Of a DNA stretch of 39,245 nt, positions 6,430 through 15,453 are shown one piece after another. The stretch's first letter is position 1, and every line of letters starts with the position of its first letter. The position numbers and the translations under genes are program-made. This DNA comes from a virus, in the IMG/VR virus record IMGVR_UViG_3300045988_032692. One strand, given 5' to 3'. The notes under the pieces are model-generated. The model made no database searches. It saw only the letters and a list, made by a program, of their open reading frames with translations, and was not told the origin of the DNA.

Positions 6430-8419
6430 TCTCCTCCTCGTACTCGATTTGTGTCACCATGAACGAATACACACTCTTGTATTGGTTGACCTCTCCCGAA
6501 ACCTCATTCAGATACCCGATGCAGCCTCCCGACGGATGCAGTTTCAAACAAACCAGATGTCCGATCATGCCCTCGAACTTCTCGGCACTGTCTCTGTTTA
6601 AGAATACGACATTCCCGTCATAGGTCGCAGTTTTCGCTTTACTGCGCTCCGCAACGGGATATGTGTACCCGGAAAGTCTTACCTCTGCAATCGAGCGGCT
6701 AATACTTCTAGTAACCGGCTGATTGGTCAGGCCGCTGTACTTCATGGTCAGCCATTCTCCGGCGTCCATATCATACAAGACGTTGTATTCCGGCGTGACC
6801 GAGACAGAGACTTCGGCAGAAACGCCGTAATAATCGTTGTCGGAATAGCAGCCGCGCACCTGATATGTGCAGGCGCCAATCGCCATGTTATCCACATATC
6901 CGGGATCTTCCGCCTTTGCAATCGGTGTCCCGTCCCGGTATACAATGTAAAAATCGTAGTTGCCAGAATCCACCCATGCAAGCGTTACTGCGTTTTCGGT
7001 ACTTGCCGTCAGCGTGATCGCGCCGCCCGGTACGTTTGTGACCGGGAGCGCCGCCGTGCCCCACGGCGACCAGAAGCCGTATTCGTTTTGCACACGGACG
7101 CGCACCGTGTAGCTGCCATCGGCCAGATAAAACGGTGCCTTCCACGTCTTCCCGGTTCCGAAGCGCGTGCCGGAGGCATAGACGCCGTCAATCTCGACTT
7201 GGTAGGCTTGCTGCTCCGTTGTCTGCCATGAAACGGACGGTCTAGGCGTGGCCGATTGGACCAAGATCACAGGAGCATCCGGTGATCCGACACAAATAAA
7301 CTCTGCGGCAGAACTCCAATCACTTGCGACACCGTCGCCGTTGTAAGTGCGCACTCGCCAGAAATGCGTACCCGTTTCGATACTGCCTGCTGCTGCGGTG
7401 TAATATGTATCCGCGCCAGTCACCGTAGCCAGCGCCGTCCAGACCGTTCCATTGTCCGAAATCTGCAATTCGGCTTTCGTTTGCGGCGTACCGGTTGTGA
7501 TAACGTGAGCCCAGTGGAAAACAGCATCCGCATTTTTATCGACAATGTCATTGACAGGGCTAATTGGAACGGCCGTTGATTTTTCATCTTGCAGGGTGAT
7601 GGTCAGCCATGCGTCCGCAGTGCTGGTTTGGCCATTATTGCTGGTGATTTTAGGACGAATCTGAACTTGCGATTTTCCTGAAAATGTACCAGCTGGGATT
7701 ACAAGTTGCTGGGCAGCGCCGTTGGCCATTTGTATTTCCTGCTCAGAAGTAGATCCTACATCACGCCAAATGACGGAAATACCTGTCTGGTAAACTTCTG
7801 CATAGCAAAGTCCAGATTGTGTCGTCGGAACAGATAATTCGATGTCGGCCCCGGCTGTTTTAGATATGGTTTTCCCGCCGAAATTTGACGCCCATGTATT
7901 TGCATACATTTTCACAATATCAGAATCATCAATTGTCAGGGTCAGTTTCGGCTTATATGCGCCAGATGGTGTGTAGACAGAAAATTTCCCAAATCCAGAG
8001 CGGAATTCCACGCCATTTATAAATACAATTCGATGGTAGATGTACGTTGGGTTTTTCACCAATGCCAGTGACACATTGCCAGCCACAGTAAAATGGGGGG
8101 AAGTAGCTGTTCCCGTCCCGCGACTTGGCATATTGAAAAAAGTTACGGTATTGACATCATAGCCTTTATCCATAACTCCGCCCTGAAATGTGCAATACCC
8201 AGTATATGACGGAATTTCCGTTATAGAAGCTATATACAGTTCCGCAGAGATATAAGAAATTCTGTTATACTTCCACGAATAATTCCCATTCGTAGAAAAT
8301 TTACAAAAAAGCCTGTTTCCCCCAGAGAGAAGCACACTTGAGCTTGTATGGTCATTTTTGGTCGTGTCGTTTTCGTTGCAGAATGCAAACACATCCATTT
8401 GCAAGGTTTGTGTGCTCAT
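6413..8419 (-). CDS. Large tail protein in the Dit position (668 aa): AT-rich N-terminal module, three FN3-like modules, Sipho_tail-like C-terminus
   Basis: First gene after the TMP; RBS GGGAGGTG. FN3-like signatures (…WRVRTYNGDGVASDWS…, …VRVQNEYGFWSPWG…, …YIVYRDG…YQVRGCY…). C-terminal 130 aa resembles distal-tail-protein families. Confidence 0.7.
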   Translation of the reverse strand: MSTQTLQMDVFAFCNENDTTKNDHTSSSVLLSGGNRLFCKFSTNGNYSWKYNRISYISAELYIASITEIPSYTGYCTFQGGVMDKGYDVNTVTFFNMPSRGTGTATSPHFTVAGNVSLALVKNPTYIYHRIVFINGVEFRSGFGKFSVYTPSGAYKPKLTLTIDDSDIVKMYANTWASNFGGKTISKTAGADIELSVPTTQSGLCYAEVYQTGISVIWRDVGSTSEQEIQMANGAAQQLVIPAGTFSGKSQVQIRPKITSNNGQTSTADAWLTITLQDEKSTAVPISPVNDIVDKNADAVFHWAHVITTGTPQTKAELQISDNGTVWTALATVTGADTYYTAAAGSIETGTHFWRVRTYNGDGVASDWSSAAEFICVGSPDAPVILVQSATPRPSVSWQTTEQQAYQVEIDGVYASGTRFGTGKTWKAPFYLADGSYTVRVRVQNEYGFWSPWGTAALPVTNVPGGAITLTASTENAVTLAWVDSGNYDFYIVYRDGTPIAKAEDPGYVDNMAIGACTYQVRGCYSDNDYYGVSAEVSVSVTPEYNVLYDMDAGEWLTMKYSGLTNQPVTRSISRSIAEVRLSGYTYPVAERSKAKTATYDGNVVFLNRDSAEKFEGMIGHLVCLKLHPSGGCIGYLNEVSGEVNQYKSVYSFMVTQIEYEEEIDIDS

Positions 8420-8473
8420 CCTGTCGCACCTCCCATCCGAACCACTCTGCGGCGCTCCTGTTTATAACCCATA

Positions 8474-9775
8474 TTAGCCGCCTCCCATTCTGCTGGTTCT
8501 GCGCTGATTTTGCGCGATGTTTACAACATCGTTAAATTGCTGCACGTTTGACGAATCAATGTTGATGTTGTAATTATTCGTCGTGGAATTGCTCGCCGAG
8601 TAAGGCACATACTTCCCGGTTCCAGCCTCAATATAACCACCCGTTCCAGTCCATCCGCCTGCGGATTCACTATAAGACGTGCTCTTGAGCGTATCTCCAT
8701 AGACAACCTTCTGATAGGTAGATAACTGGCCCTTCGAAACATTCATACCGAGTGCCGTTCCGATCCGGTTGAAATCCCATGTGAAAATACCGGCTACGAC
8801 GTTCGCAGCATCAGCAATTAACGCGAGCACTTTTGCGACAGGATCAAGAGCAACCTTCAATGCCGGGAGAAAAGTCACGATCAGATCTGCGAGCGGGTCG
8901 AGCAATCCAACTGCAATTTCGAGGATCGATCCGATTGCCTCAATGAGGCCAGAATCGTCAAGGGCCTTTGAGACTTTATCGATAAACTGCATGCCTGCAT
9001 CCATAACCGTGATGAATGTTGGGGTCAGTTTATCGAGGAAATTGTTTTTCAGTTCTTGGAACTTCTCGCCGAGTTTCGCGGTCGATTCCTGCAGCTTCAC
9101 CTGATTTTCGCGTGATTTGATTACCTGCTCGTTATTTTTGTAGAAAGAATCCGCCGCATCGGAATATGTACCGGACAGGGTATTCATGATCAAGCTGTTC
9201 CGCTCCGCCTCGCCGGAGCAATTCGCAAGTGATTCATTGAAGTCATCCTCGGAAATACCGGCCCAGTTCAACGCATCCGCCAGAACGCCCGTTACCTGTC
9301 CAACCTTTGCCGTCTCGTTTGCGGCCTCAATAAGTCCGTTGATGGGCAGCGAATCACCGAACGTGCCGTTTACACCAGCGGCGATATTCGTCCACGTTGC
9401 GAAATCTTCTTGGTTGCGTGCCAGTTTCGCCATGAGCTGCGCTGTTTCTGTGGCGGTATCCGTGTCACCTAGGATTTTGTAAAGGCCAGTGTAAGCCTCC
9501 TGTGCCGTCTCAGCACTATATCCGGCGGTTTCAAACGCAGTATTTAGTTTGCCCTGCGCCACGATGTACTCGCTAGTGCTCTCAATCACTTTCCCGATTG
9601 CATCAACAACCTTCGTGATTGCTGTTTGCGCTACCGCAAAACTTTTCGCAGTCATTTTTGACGCTTTCTCGACGTTGTTCTTCCATGATGTTGTTTTCTT
9701 CTTCGCGGAATCCATTCCATCATCCACGCCGGATGAATCGGCTGTGATCTTCACCACAATATCCAGTAAATTCAT
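8474..9775 (-). CDS. Tail tape measure protein (433 aa)
   Basis: Position after the G/GT chaperones. Long alpha-helical Ala/Leu/Lys-rich sequence. ATGA overlap with the chaperone T-frame stop. Confidence 0.85.
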   Translation of the reverse strand: MNLLDIVVKITADSSGVDDGMDSAKKKTTSWKNNVEKASKMTAKSFAVAQTAITKVVDAIGKVIESTSEYIVAQGKLNTAFETAGYSAETAQEAYTGLYKILGDTDTATETAQLMAKLARNQEDFATWTNIAAGVNGTFGDSLPINGLIEAANETAKVGQVTGVLADALNWAGISEDDFNESLANCSGEAERNSLIMNTLSGTYSDAADSFYKNNEQVIKSRENQVKLQESTAKLGEKFQELKNNFLDKLTPTFITVMDAGMQFIDKVSKALDDSGLIEAIGSILEIAVGLLDPLADLIVTFLPALKVALDPVAKVLALIADAANVVAGIFTWDFNRIGTALGMNVSKGQLSTYQKVVYGDTLKSTSYSESAGGWTGTGGYIEAGTGKYVPYSASNSTTNNYNINIDSSNVQQFNDVVNIAQNQRRTSRMGGG

Positions 9776-10071
9776 TCTTCCACCACCAATCCACACCGCC
9801 GCACAATATCAGCTGTAATTTCCTCGCAAGAGCGCGTGTCTTCTTTCTTCGGCCGCAATATTTCATCAAGATCCGACTGCATATACCGTCCGCCCACAAG
9901 TTTTGCAGTGTTCTCTGTTAAAACTCTGGCACAGCGCGACATATAATCATCAAACAACCACTTTTCCCTCCGCTGCCGAATCAAAACGGGCAGGAGCCGA
10001 ATGAGTGCGGGCGCTGAAATTTTCGGCGCATCCAGAAGGGAGAGTGTTACTCTTTCCCCTCCGATACGCAC
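9772..10071 (-). CDS. Tail assembly chaperone, T extension (expressed as a G-T fusion by -1 frameshift)
   Basis: This ORF is in the -1 frame relative to 10047..10409 and is open from the slippery site onward. It has no RBS of its own. Confidence 0.7.
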   Translation of the reverse strand: MRIGGERVTLSLLDAPKISAPALIRLLPVLIRQRREKWLFDDYMSRCARVLTENTAKLVGGRYMQSDLDEILRPKKEDTRSCEEITADIVRRCGLVVEE

Positions 10072-10409
10072 GATGAGAAAAAATCAATGAGTTCCTTGTC
10101 CTGCGCGATCTCCCGGATTTGCCGCAGCGTCTCCACGATCTTCTGCTCCCGGATGTCATCGACATTTTTTTCGTTCAAAACTGCAAGGATGCCGAACACG
10201 TCTTCTCTATGGTTTTTCAGAAGCATCGGCACCCACTGGCTGATGCGATTTGCCGCCATTGCATATTTCTCTGCAACGGTTTTCGCTTCCTTTGTGTTGA
10301 GTTTCAGGGATGTGATGACATCCTCGTCGCTCGTGATATTGAGCAGGAAAACGGAAATCTCGCACAGCACATCCGCCGCGCGATCCGTACTCAGTTCAGA
10401 AAGTTTCAT
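10047..10409 (-). CDS. Tail assembly chaperone G (120 aa)
   Basis: Lies between the major tail protein and the TMP. Acidic helical protein that ends shortly after the slippery heptamer. Confidence 0.8.
   Translation of the reverse strand: MKLSELSTDRAADVLCEISVFLLNITSDEDVITSLKLNTKEAKTVAEKYAMAANRISQWVPMLLKNHREDVFGILAVLNEKNVDDIREQKIVETLRQIREIAQDKELIDFFSSCVSEGKE
10077..10083 (-). other. Programmed -1 ribosomal frameshift slippery heptamer T_TTT_TTC
   Basis: The minus-strand zero frame reads GAT TTT TTC (D F F). A shift by -1 enters the frame of ORF 9772..10071 (checked by coordinate modulo 3). Confidence 0.7.
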
Positions 10410-10418
10410 GTTTCCTCC

Positions 10419-11009
10419 TTATGCGTCCGCCTCGCCAGCTTTGATGTAGATTTCATACGGAACTCTGGTCTGCTCCGCCATTGCGAAGTGTGCCGTGTAC
10501 TCAAACGCAAACTGGCCCTTTTTCTTGTCGCTGGTTTTCATCTGGAATCCGCCGGTAGAGAGTGCGTTCATCATGTGGATTGCGATGAAGCCGCCCTTCT
10601 GCTCGCCGTTTTTTTCAGAATAGTCACCGACGATCCAAAGATCATCGAAATCAGAATCGGCCAAATCAAGACGCGGAACGATCTTCGTAGAATCCTGTGC
10701 GTCAATGTCCGCCGTAGCAATCAGAGACTTCGCAACGGCGGCGGACATGGTGACAAACGTGCCGCTGGCCTTCGCCTCAATGGATTCCTGACGCTTCAGT
10801 TCCTTCATATTCTTGGGGCAGTTGTCAACGTCATCACCATAATCGGAAAACGTCGGCATAGCGGTGAACGTGACACCTCCGGTTGTCGCGCCGAGCTGGT
10901 CAGCGGCTTTGAACGTGCCAGAAGCCGGGGTGAAATCTTTCAGAATGATGCCCGCATTGATCTGAAGCTCTTTGAACGTATCGGCGGGGATCTTCGTAAA
11001 CTTTGCCAT
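10419..11009 (-). CDS. Major tail protein (196 aa)
   Basis: Position immediately upstream of the chaperones. Size and beta-rich composition typical of siphovirus tail tube proteins. Confidence 0.8.
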   Translation of the reverse strand: MAKFTKIPADTFKELQINAGIILKDFTPASGTFKAADQLGATTGGVTFTAMPTFSDYGDDVDNCPKNMKELKRQESIEAKASGTFVTMSAAVAKSLIATADIDAQDSTKIVPRLDLADSDFDDLWIVGDYSEKNGEQKGGFIAIHMMNALSTGGFQMKTSDKKKGQFAFEYTAHFAMAEQTRVPYEIYIKAGEADA

Positions 11010-11024
11010 ATAAAATCAGTCCTT

Positions 11025-11393
11025 TCAGTTGGGTGTGATAAATTCGGCGGTGATATTGAGATACCGCCGTTTGACGTTTGGTTCAGAATCGTCTTTAATC
11101 GCCTGACACCACGGAGTGCCGCGTTTCAGCCAAATCGCGCCCTCGTCGCAAGAAACAAAAACGCCTCCCATTCCAATAGCGTCCGCAATCTCCTGTGCCT
11201 TTGCATTTGGGGTAGCTTCGCTCTCGGTGTAATACCAGAGGTTTACCGTGATTGTTGATTCTCCGCTGTCCCATGCTCCGAGAATAAGATCATAGGTCAA
11301 CCACGGAAAAACGGCGTCCCCCGGCACGGAGGGCGCCGGATAGGCGGGGAGAAACTGGCCGAACCATGCGTGTAATGCTTTATCTTTCGTCAT
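11025..11393 (-). CDS. Tail completion / tail terminator-like protein
   Basis: Position between the head-tail joining genes and the major tail protein. ATGA-coupled to the upstream gene. Confidence 0.55.
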   Translation of the reverse strand: MTKDKALHAWFGQFLPAYPAPSVPGDAVFPWLTYDLILGAWDSGESTITVNLWYYTESEATPNAKAQEIADAIGMGGVFVSCDEGAIWLKRGTPWCQAIKDDSEPNVKRRYLNITAEFITPN

Positions 11394-11740
11394 GCCGGTA
11401 ACTCTTTCCTTTCCGCCGTAAAATATTTTAGAGTGAAACTTGCGGAGCGTGGCGCTTGCTTTTCTTCCGGGTTTGACGTTACTCTGTACGTCGTACCGGT
11501 TTCTGTGTCCCGGAAATAGTCGCCGTACTCAATCGGCACAGCCTTGTCAACGAGCGCCGAGTAGACGCTTGTAACGCCCTCTTTCTCTGCACGACGGGCC
11601 TGCATGGACGTGTCTAGCGCTTGATAGTTCGAAAACGCAGCGCCCTCCGTCCATGTGGTAACATATCCGCCAGCACCGTCCGGCTCCCTGTGTTTCTCCA
11701 TGAGCACGCAAGGGCGGGCGAAGTCATTCAAAAGGCTCAT
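11390..11740 (-). CDS. Head closure / head-tail adaptor protein (116 aa)
   Basis: Start at 11740 gives an ATGA overlap with the upstream stop. Position and size typical of this role. Confidence 0.55.
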   Translation of the reverse strand: MSLLNDFARPCVLMEKHREPDGAGGYVTTWTEGAAFSNYQALDTSMQARRAEKEGVTSVYSALVDKAVPIEYGDYFRDTETGTTYRVTSNPEEKQAPRSASFTLKYFTAERKELPA

Positions 11741-12150
11741 AATTTCCTCCACTGATTCAATCTGCCGCGGAACGCACTCTGCCACGTCACTGCGCCGCCA
11801 GTTTTCTCATCCGTCGCCCGTGAGTAAGAATACCCGCCGAACGATTCCGAGCTATACGGTGACGCCGCTGTGTCGCCGTTCTTGGCTTGCCACGCCTCGA
11901 TTTCTGCATCAAGGGCCAAGACGGACGGCGGTATTGCAAGTGCCCACACAGCGCCGTCAAACGCCTCGTCCGTTAACCCATAGGCTGGGTATTGATGCAC
12001 ACCGTCGTTGAACGTCGAGCCAAGAATCCTAAAATACTGTCCTTCCCGAAGAAAAGGAAGCGCAATACTGCCATTTTCTACGGTGAAGGTTCCGGCATAC
12101 CGTTCACGGTCAAACCAATTCCTCAAATGTCCGCATAATTCTGTCAGCAT
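11737..12150 (-). CDS. Head-tail connector (gp6-like) protein
   Basis: First gene after the major capsid protein. Size typical of this role. Confidence 0.55.
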   Translation of the reverse strand: MLTELCGHLRNWFDRERYAGTFTVENGSIALPFLREGQYFRILGSTFNDGVHQYPAYGLTDEAFDGAVWALAIPPSVLALDAEIEAWQAKNGDTAASPYSSESFGGYSYSRATDEKTGGAVTWQSAFRGRLNQWRKL

Positions 12151-12165
12151 TGCGCCCCTCCTAAA

Positions 12166-13305
12166 TTACTTTACGGTAACGGTTGCGTTGCCGGATTTCA
12201 GCGCGTGGAAGTTGCCATCGCACTCAACAACAGTGACCTTGTGGCCGCTCGTGATGGTGAGATCAGACTTTCCATCCCAGTCATTCCAGCTCTGCACGTT
12301 CTCTCCGTATACAACGATGGGAGCCGTGGTTTCCGCCGACTTATACTTGTACTTGTTGCCCTTTGCGGCCTTCGCCGGGGAAACAGTCAGCTTCGTGTCG
12401 CCGGTAGCGGTGCCAGCTGCGGACGTCACGGTCAGCGCACCAAGTGTACCGTTGTCGATCGAGCCGACAACAACACCATCAAGGCGCTCTGCAAACAGCA
12501 CCATACCATTGACGACCGTGTCAGATGCGGTCATGTTGGTGTAGTCCGGCTGCTCATGAATACCGATATAGCCGGTCGCGTCGGAAGTAAACGCAAACGC
12601 TTCGTTGAGGTCGGCACCATTGACCGGGATGTAGTAGAGGACGATGTTGTCCTTCGCGGTGGCGTAAATCTTGCCCTTCGGGACGCTGGAATTGAGAATC
12701 ACCGTGCCGAGGCCGAGGAAGTTCTCGACGTAGGTCATGCCGAACGCGGTCTGAAGCGTGATGTTCGCGCTCGCCAGATAGTCTGCGACATCCAGCGGAT
12801 TGAGGAAGTAGACCGCGCCGATCTCGTCGTCCTCAAAGAGCACCTGAAGGTTGCCCCACGCCTGCGCAAGCACGCTCTGGAAGTCCTTACCGGACACAGC
12901 GCCGGAGCCGGTCGCGAGGAAATCGAAAAAGCTCTTACGGATGCTGCGCTGCACATCGCGGAGCATTTCGGTAGTAGTCATTTCGACCGCCTGATCGTAA
13001 CCGCGATCGGTGATCGCCTCGGCGGACGTGGCCTTGCGCCACTTTTTGAGGGTGATCTCAGCATAGTTCACAGGCTCGACTTTGTAATGAGACAGCGGGA
13101 TGGTCTCGCCCTCACCGACATCGCCGCTCTGCAAAGTACCGCTGGCCTTGTAGGCTTTGAGCACGGTACCAGCCTGCTTTGGAATCTTTCTGGTCACGCC
13201 GAGCGCCTCGACGAGCTTCTTGATGGAATAGCCGAACTGATCGACAAACTCCATTTCGCGCTCACGCGCAAGATCATTTTTCTTGATAAGGTTAGTTTCA
13301 GCCAT
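12166..13305 (-). CDS. Major capsid protein with C-terminal Ig-like (Big_2-type) domain
   Basis: 379 aa, directly after the scaffold gene. The C-terminal ~95 aa (LTVTSAAGTATGDTKLTVSP...GNATVTVK) has a bacterial Ig-like pattern. Confidence 0.85.
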   Translation of the reverse strand: MAETNLIKKNDLAREREMEFVDQFGYSIKKLVEALGVTRKIPKQAGTVLKAYKASGTLQSGDVGEGETIPLSHYKVEPVNYAEITLKKWRKATSAEAITDRGYDQAVEMTTTEMLRDVQRSIRKSFFDFLATGSGAVSGKDFQSVLAQAWGNLQVLFEDDEIGAVYFLNPLDVADYLASANITLQTAFGMTYVENFLGLGTVILNSSVPKGKIYATAKDNIVLYYIPVNGADLNEAFAFTSDATGYIGIHEQPDYTNMTASDTVVNGMVLFAERLDGVVVGSIDNGTLGALTVTSAAGTATGDTKLTVSPAKAAKGNKYKYKSAETTAPIVVYGENVQSWNDWDGKSDLTITSGHKVTVVECDGNFHALKSGNATVTVK

Positions 13306-13317
13306 ATACAGTCTCCT

Positions 13318-13902
13318 TTACTGTTCGTTTTGCAGGAGCTTGAGACGTGCCTCTCTGCGGGCCTCTCTGTCCGGCAGCGCCGCGATTTCCGCTCTGGTCA
13401 TCGTCTCGCCTCCAACGTTATTGGGCGGGGTCTTTGTGTCCGCGCCTTTTTGATCAGTTTTTACAATAAAATCGGCCCATTCTTTCTCGATGGACGATTT
13501 CAGCGTATCAGCGCCTTTAATTTTTCCGTCTTCCAGTTCGACCGTGTCCAGGTCAGTAACGCGCATAACCGCGTCGAGACGTTTGTCGCTGATACCGGCA
13601 GCCTTCAAAAGTTCACGATACGCGGATTCCTTCGCGCTTCTAGTTTCCTTTTTCGTCTGCTCTGCCTTGTACTCGTCAAATTCCCTTTTGACTTTGTCGT
13701 GCTTATCCTTCCAACCATCGTCACCTTTGGCTTTCAGGTCTTCCAGCTCCTTTTGCACGCCGGGGAGCTTTTCGGCGTCCGCCTTGTACTTCGACAGTTC
13801 GCCTTTCAGCCCATCGACTGTATCGGAGTGCGCTTCAATGATGGTGTCCATCTGTTCCTCCGTCAGTCCCATGCCTTTAAGAAGTCGTCGGGTAAGTGCC
13901 AT
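13318..13902 (-). CDS. Capsid scaffolding protein
   Basis: 194 aa, Lys/Glu/Asp-rich coiled coil, immediately upstream of the capsid gene. Confidence 0.8.
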   Translation of the reverse strand: MALTRRLLKGMGLTEEQMDTIIEAHSDTVDGLKGELSKYKADAEKLPGVQKELEDLKAKGDDGWKDKHDKVKREFDEYKAEQTKKETRSAKESAYRELLKAAGISDKRLDAVMRVTDLDTVELEDGKIKGADTLKSSIEKEWADFIVKTDQKGADTKTPPNNVGGETMTRAEIAALPDREARREARLKLLQNEQ

Positions 13903-14003
13903 TGTTCAGTCTCCTTTTCTTCGGTGCCGGTTCCTCGGCACGACTGTTGTATAAAACCGCAGTGCTTCGCGGCGTTTACCAGTTGCTCCTATAATTTTAA
14001 GGC

Positions 14004-14050
14004 AAAAAAAGTCCGCAACGCCCACAATAGTGGGTATGCGGAAACTTTTT
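14004..14050. terminator. Strong bidirectional intrinsic terminator inside the head module
   Basis: A7 (14004..14010), then an imperfect 13-bp stem (14012..14025 / 14030..14042) with loop AATA, then T6 (14045..14050). The apical 16-mer GCCCACAATAGTGGGT recurs at 23842..23857. Confidence 0.7.
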
Positions 14051-14057
14051 TCTGATA

Positions 14058-14471
14058 TTACGCATTTTCAAGCGCGTTTTTAATGATTTCCCTATACTCA
14101 TCCGCGTGGTCATTCAGTGCAGGCTTCAGAAACGGTTGTGCTTTATTGCCGCGCGTATAATGCCAATTTCCTTTTGCATCCTGATACACCCACGGTGTTT
14201 GCCTGCCTCCATCATAATAGATGCCCGTTCCAAGTTCAACGTAAGCGCCATATTCAAGCGGTGTTCCGACGTGAACAGCCTTTTCAGATGGGTACACCTG
14301 ATGCGTTATGCTGTTGCGGAGCGCACCAGTATCAACCGGGCAGAGCATCGCGGCATATGATTCGCACTGAATCCCGCACGTTTCAAGTGCGCGGAGCAGA
14401 GCTTCTGAAATTTCCTGTCGAACTTCTTCGCTGTGATCATCGATTTCGATTTGCAGACTGTCCGCTTCCAT
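14058..14471 (-). CDS. HK97 gp10-family phage protein
   Basis: Motif CPVDTGALRNSITHQV...GTPLEYGAYVELGTG is typical of the HK97-gp10-like family. Confidence 0.75.
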   Translation of the reverse strand: MEADSLQIEIDDHSEEVRQEISEALLRALETCGIQCESYAAMLCPVDTGALRNSITHQVYPSEKAVHVGTPLEYGAYVELGTGIYYDGGRQTPWVYQDAKGNWHYTRGNKAQPFLKPALNDHADEYREIIKNALENA

Positions 14472-15438
14472 TTTTCTTCATCCGCTCCCATTCCTTGTAT
14501 GTGATATTATCCACGACGACATTTTGACCATTTTCGTCCCGGATGCGACGTTTTGCGCGGAACTCTACGCCGTTCACGAGCTGGATCATACGGCAACGGC
14601 AATTATAAACCTCTGCAGGCTTTCCACGCGGGTCACCGGGGAAGCGACAACCATTTGAAAAAACATCATCATAGTCAACCGTCTCTCCGTCGAGATGCGC
14701 ATGCGAACTGCGCGTTCTTCCGTCAAGCGTGGCGACCCACTGCTTCTTTATTTCGATCCCCATTTTGTGTGCGGCCTCGCACGCATCCTGACGCCCCGCA
14801 TTCTGCGCACCAGTTACAGCTGTTCTTGCCGTTCTGATCGCAGATTCTCTATCCATTGTATAGATTCTGGATTGGAGATCGTCCGCGATCCCGCCGATGC
14901 TCTTCCCTTGCAGGATGGAACTTGTCACGCTGGCCGTGATCTGCCTGCGCCCATACGCAAGATCAATGCCGCGCTTTACGGCCCGTTTTGGTGGGTAGTA
15001 TGGCATAAGTTCTGGATTCTCGATAAGGAGCCGACGCACCGTGGCTTCATTCCACAAGGTAAAATCCACGTCCGCGCCTGTCTGCTCGATCTGATACGCC
15101 GAATAATTCCGGTTCAGCGAATAGATGCCAGGTGTCGCATCGTTGACATACGCAACGGCGATCTCATGTGCTTTCGTGATTCTCTCTGCACATTTATCGC
15201 GAAGCGCCGAAAATCGTTTTCCGCGCCCTATTTGTGCCAGCCTCCATTGTGTGTATTCCTGCTGCGTAACCTCTCCAGACTCAACACGTTTTTTCTCTGC
15301 TTCGTCCCGTAAACGGAATTGTTCGAAATATGCCTTGATGGTTTTATCAAGCTCGCGCTGTGCAGCACGGTATGCAGATGAAATTTTTTTTTCGAGCTTC
15401 TGAAGCTCTTTGTCCGTCATTTTATGCCCGTAGTCCAC
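14437..15438 (-). CDS. Head morphogenesis protein, SPP1 gp7 / Mu F family
   Basis: WVATLDGRTRSSHAHLDGE...VYNCRCRM signature. GTG start at 15438 with GGAGG 6 nt upstream. Confidence 0.9.
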   Translation of the reverse strand: MDYGHKMTDKELQKLEKKISSAYRAAQRELDKTIKAYFEQFRLRDEAEKKRVESGEVTQQEYTQWRLAQIGRGKRFSALRDKCAERITKAHEIAVAYVNDATPGIYSLNRNYSAYQIEQTGADVDFTLWNEATVRRLLIENPELMPYYPPKRAVKRGIDLAYGRRQITASVTSSILQGKSIGGIADDLQSRIYTMDRESAIRTARTAVTGAQNAGRQDACEAAHKMGIEIKKQWVATLDGRTRSSHAHLDGETVDYDDVFSNGCRFPGDPRGKPAEVYNCRCRMIQLVNGVEFRAKRRIRDENGQNVVVDNITYKEWERMKKNGSGQSANRNR

Positions 15439-15453
15439 CGCACGCCTCCGTTA

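Noticed and set aside
12205-14055. A 616-aa + strand ORF, and other long + strand ORFs opposite the structural genes (for example 10119..11258, 19835..20737, 791..1615, 22253..23020, 26501..27349).
   Set aside because: They lie antisense to genes with clear family signatures (capsid, scaffold, major tail, portal, methyltransferase). They have Arg/Leu/His-rich shadow-ORF composition and no RBS, and they break the uniform minus-strand operon logic. They are artefacts of GC-rich antisense frames.
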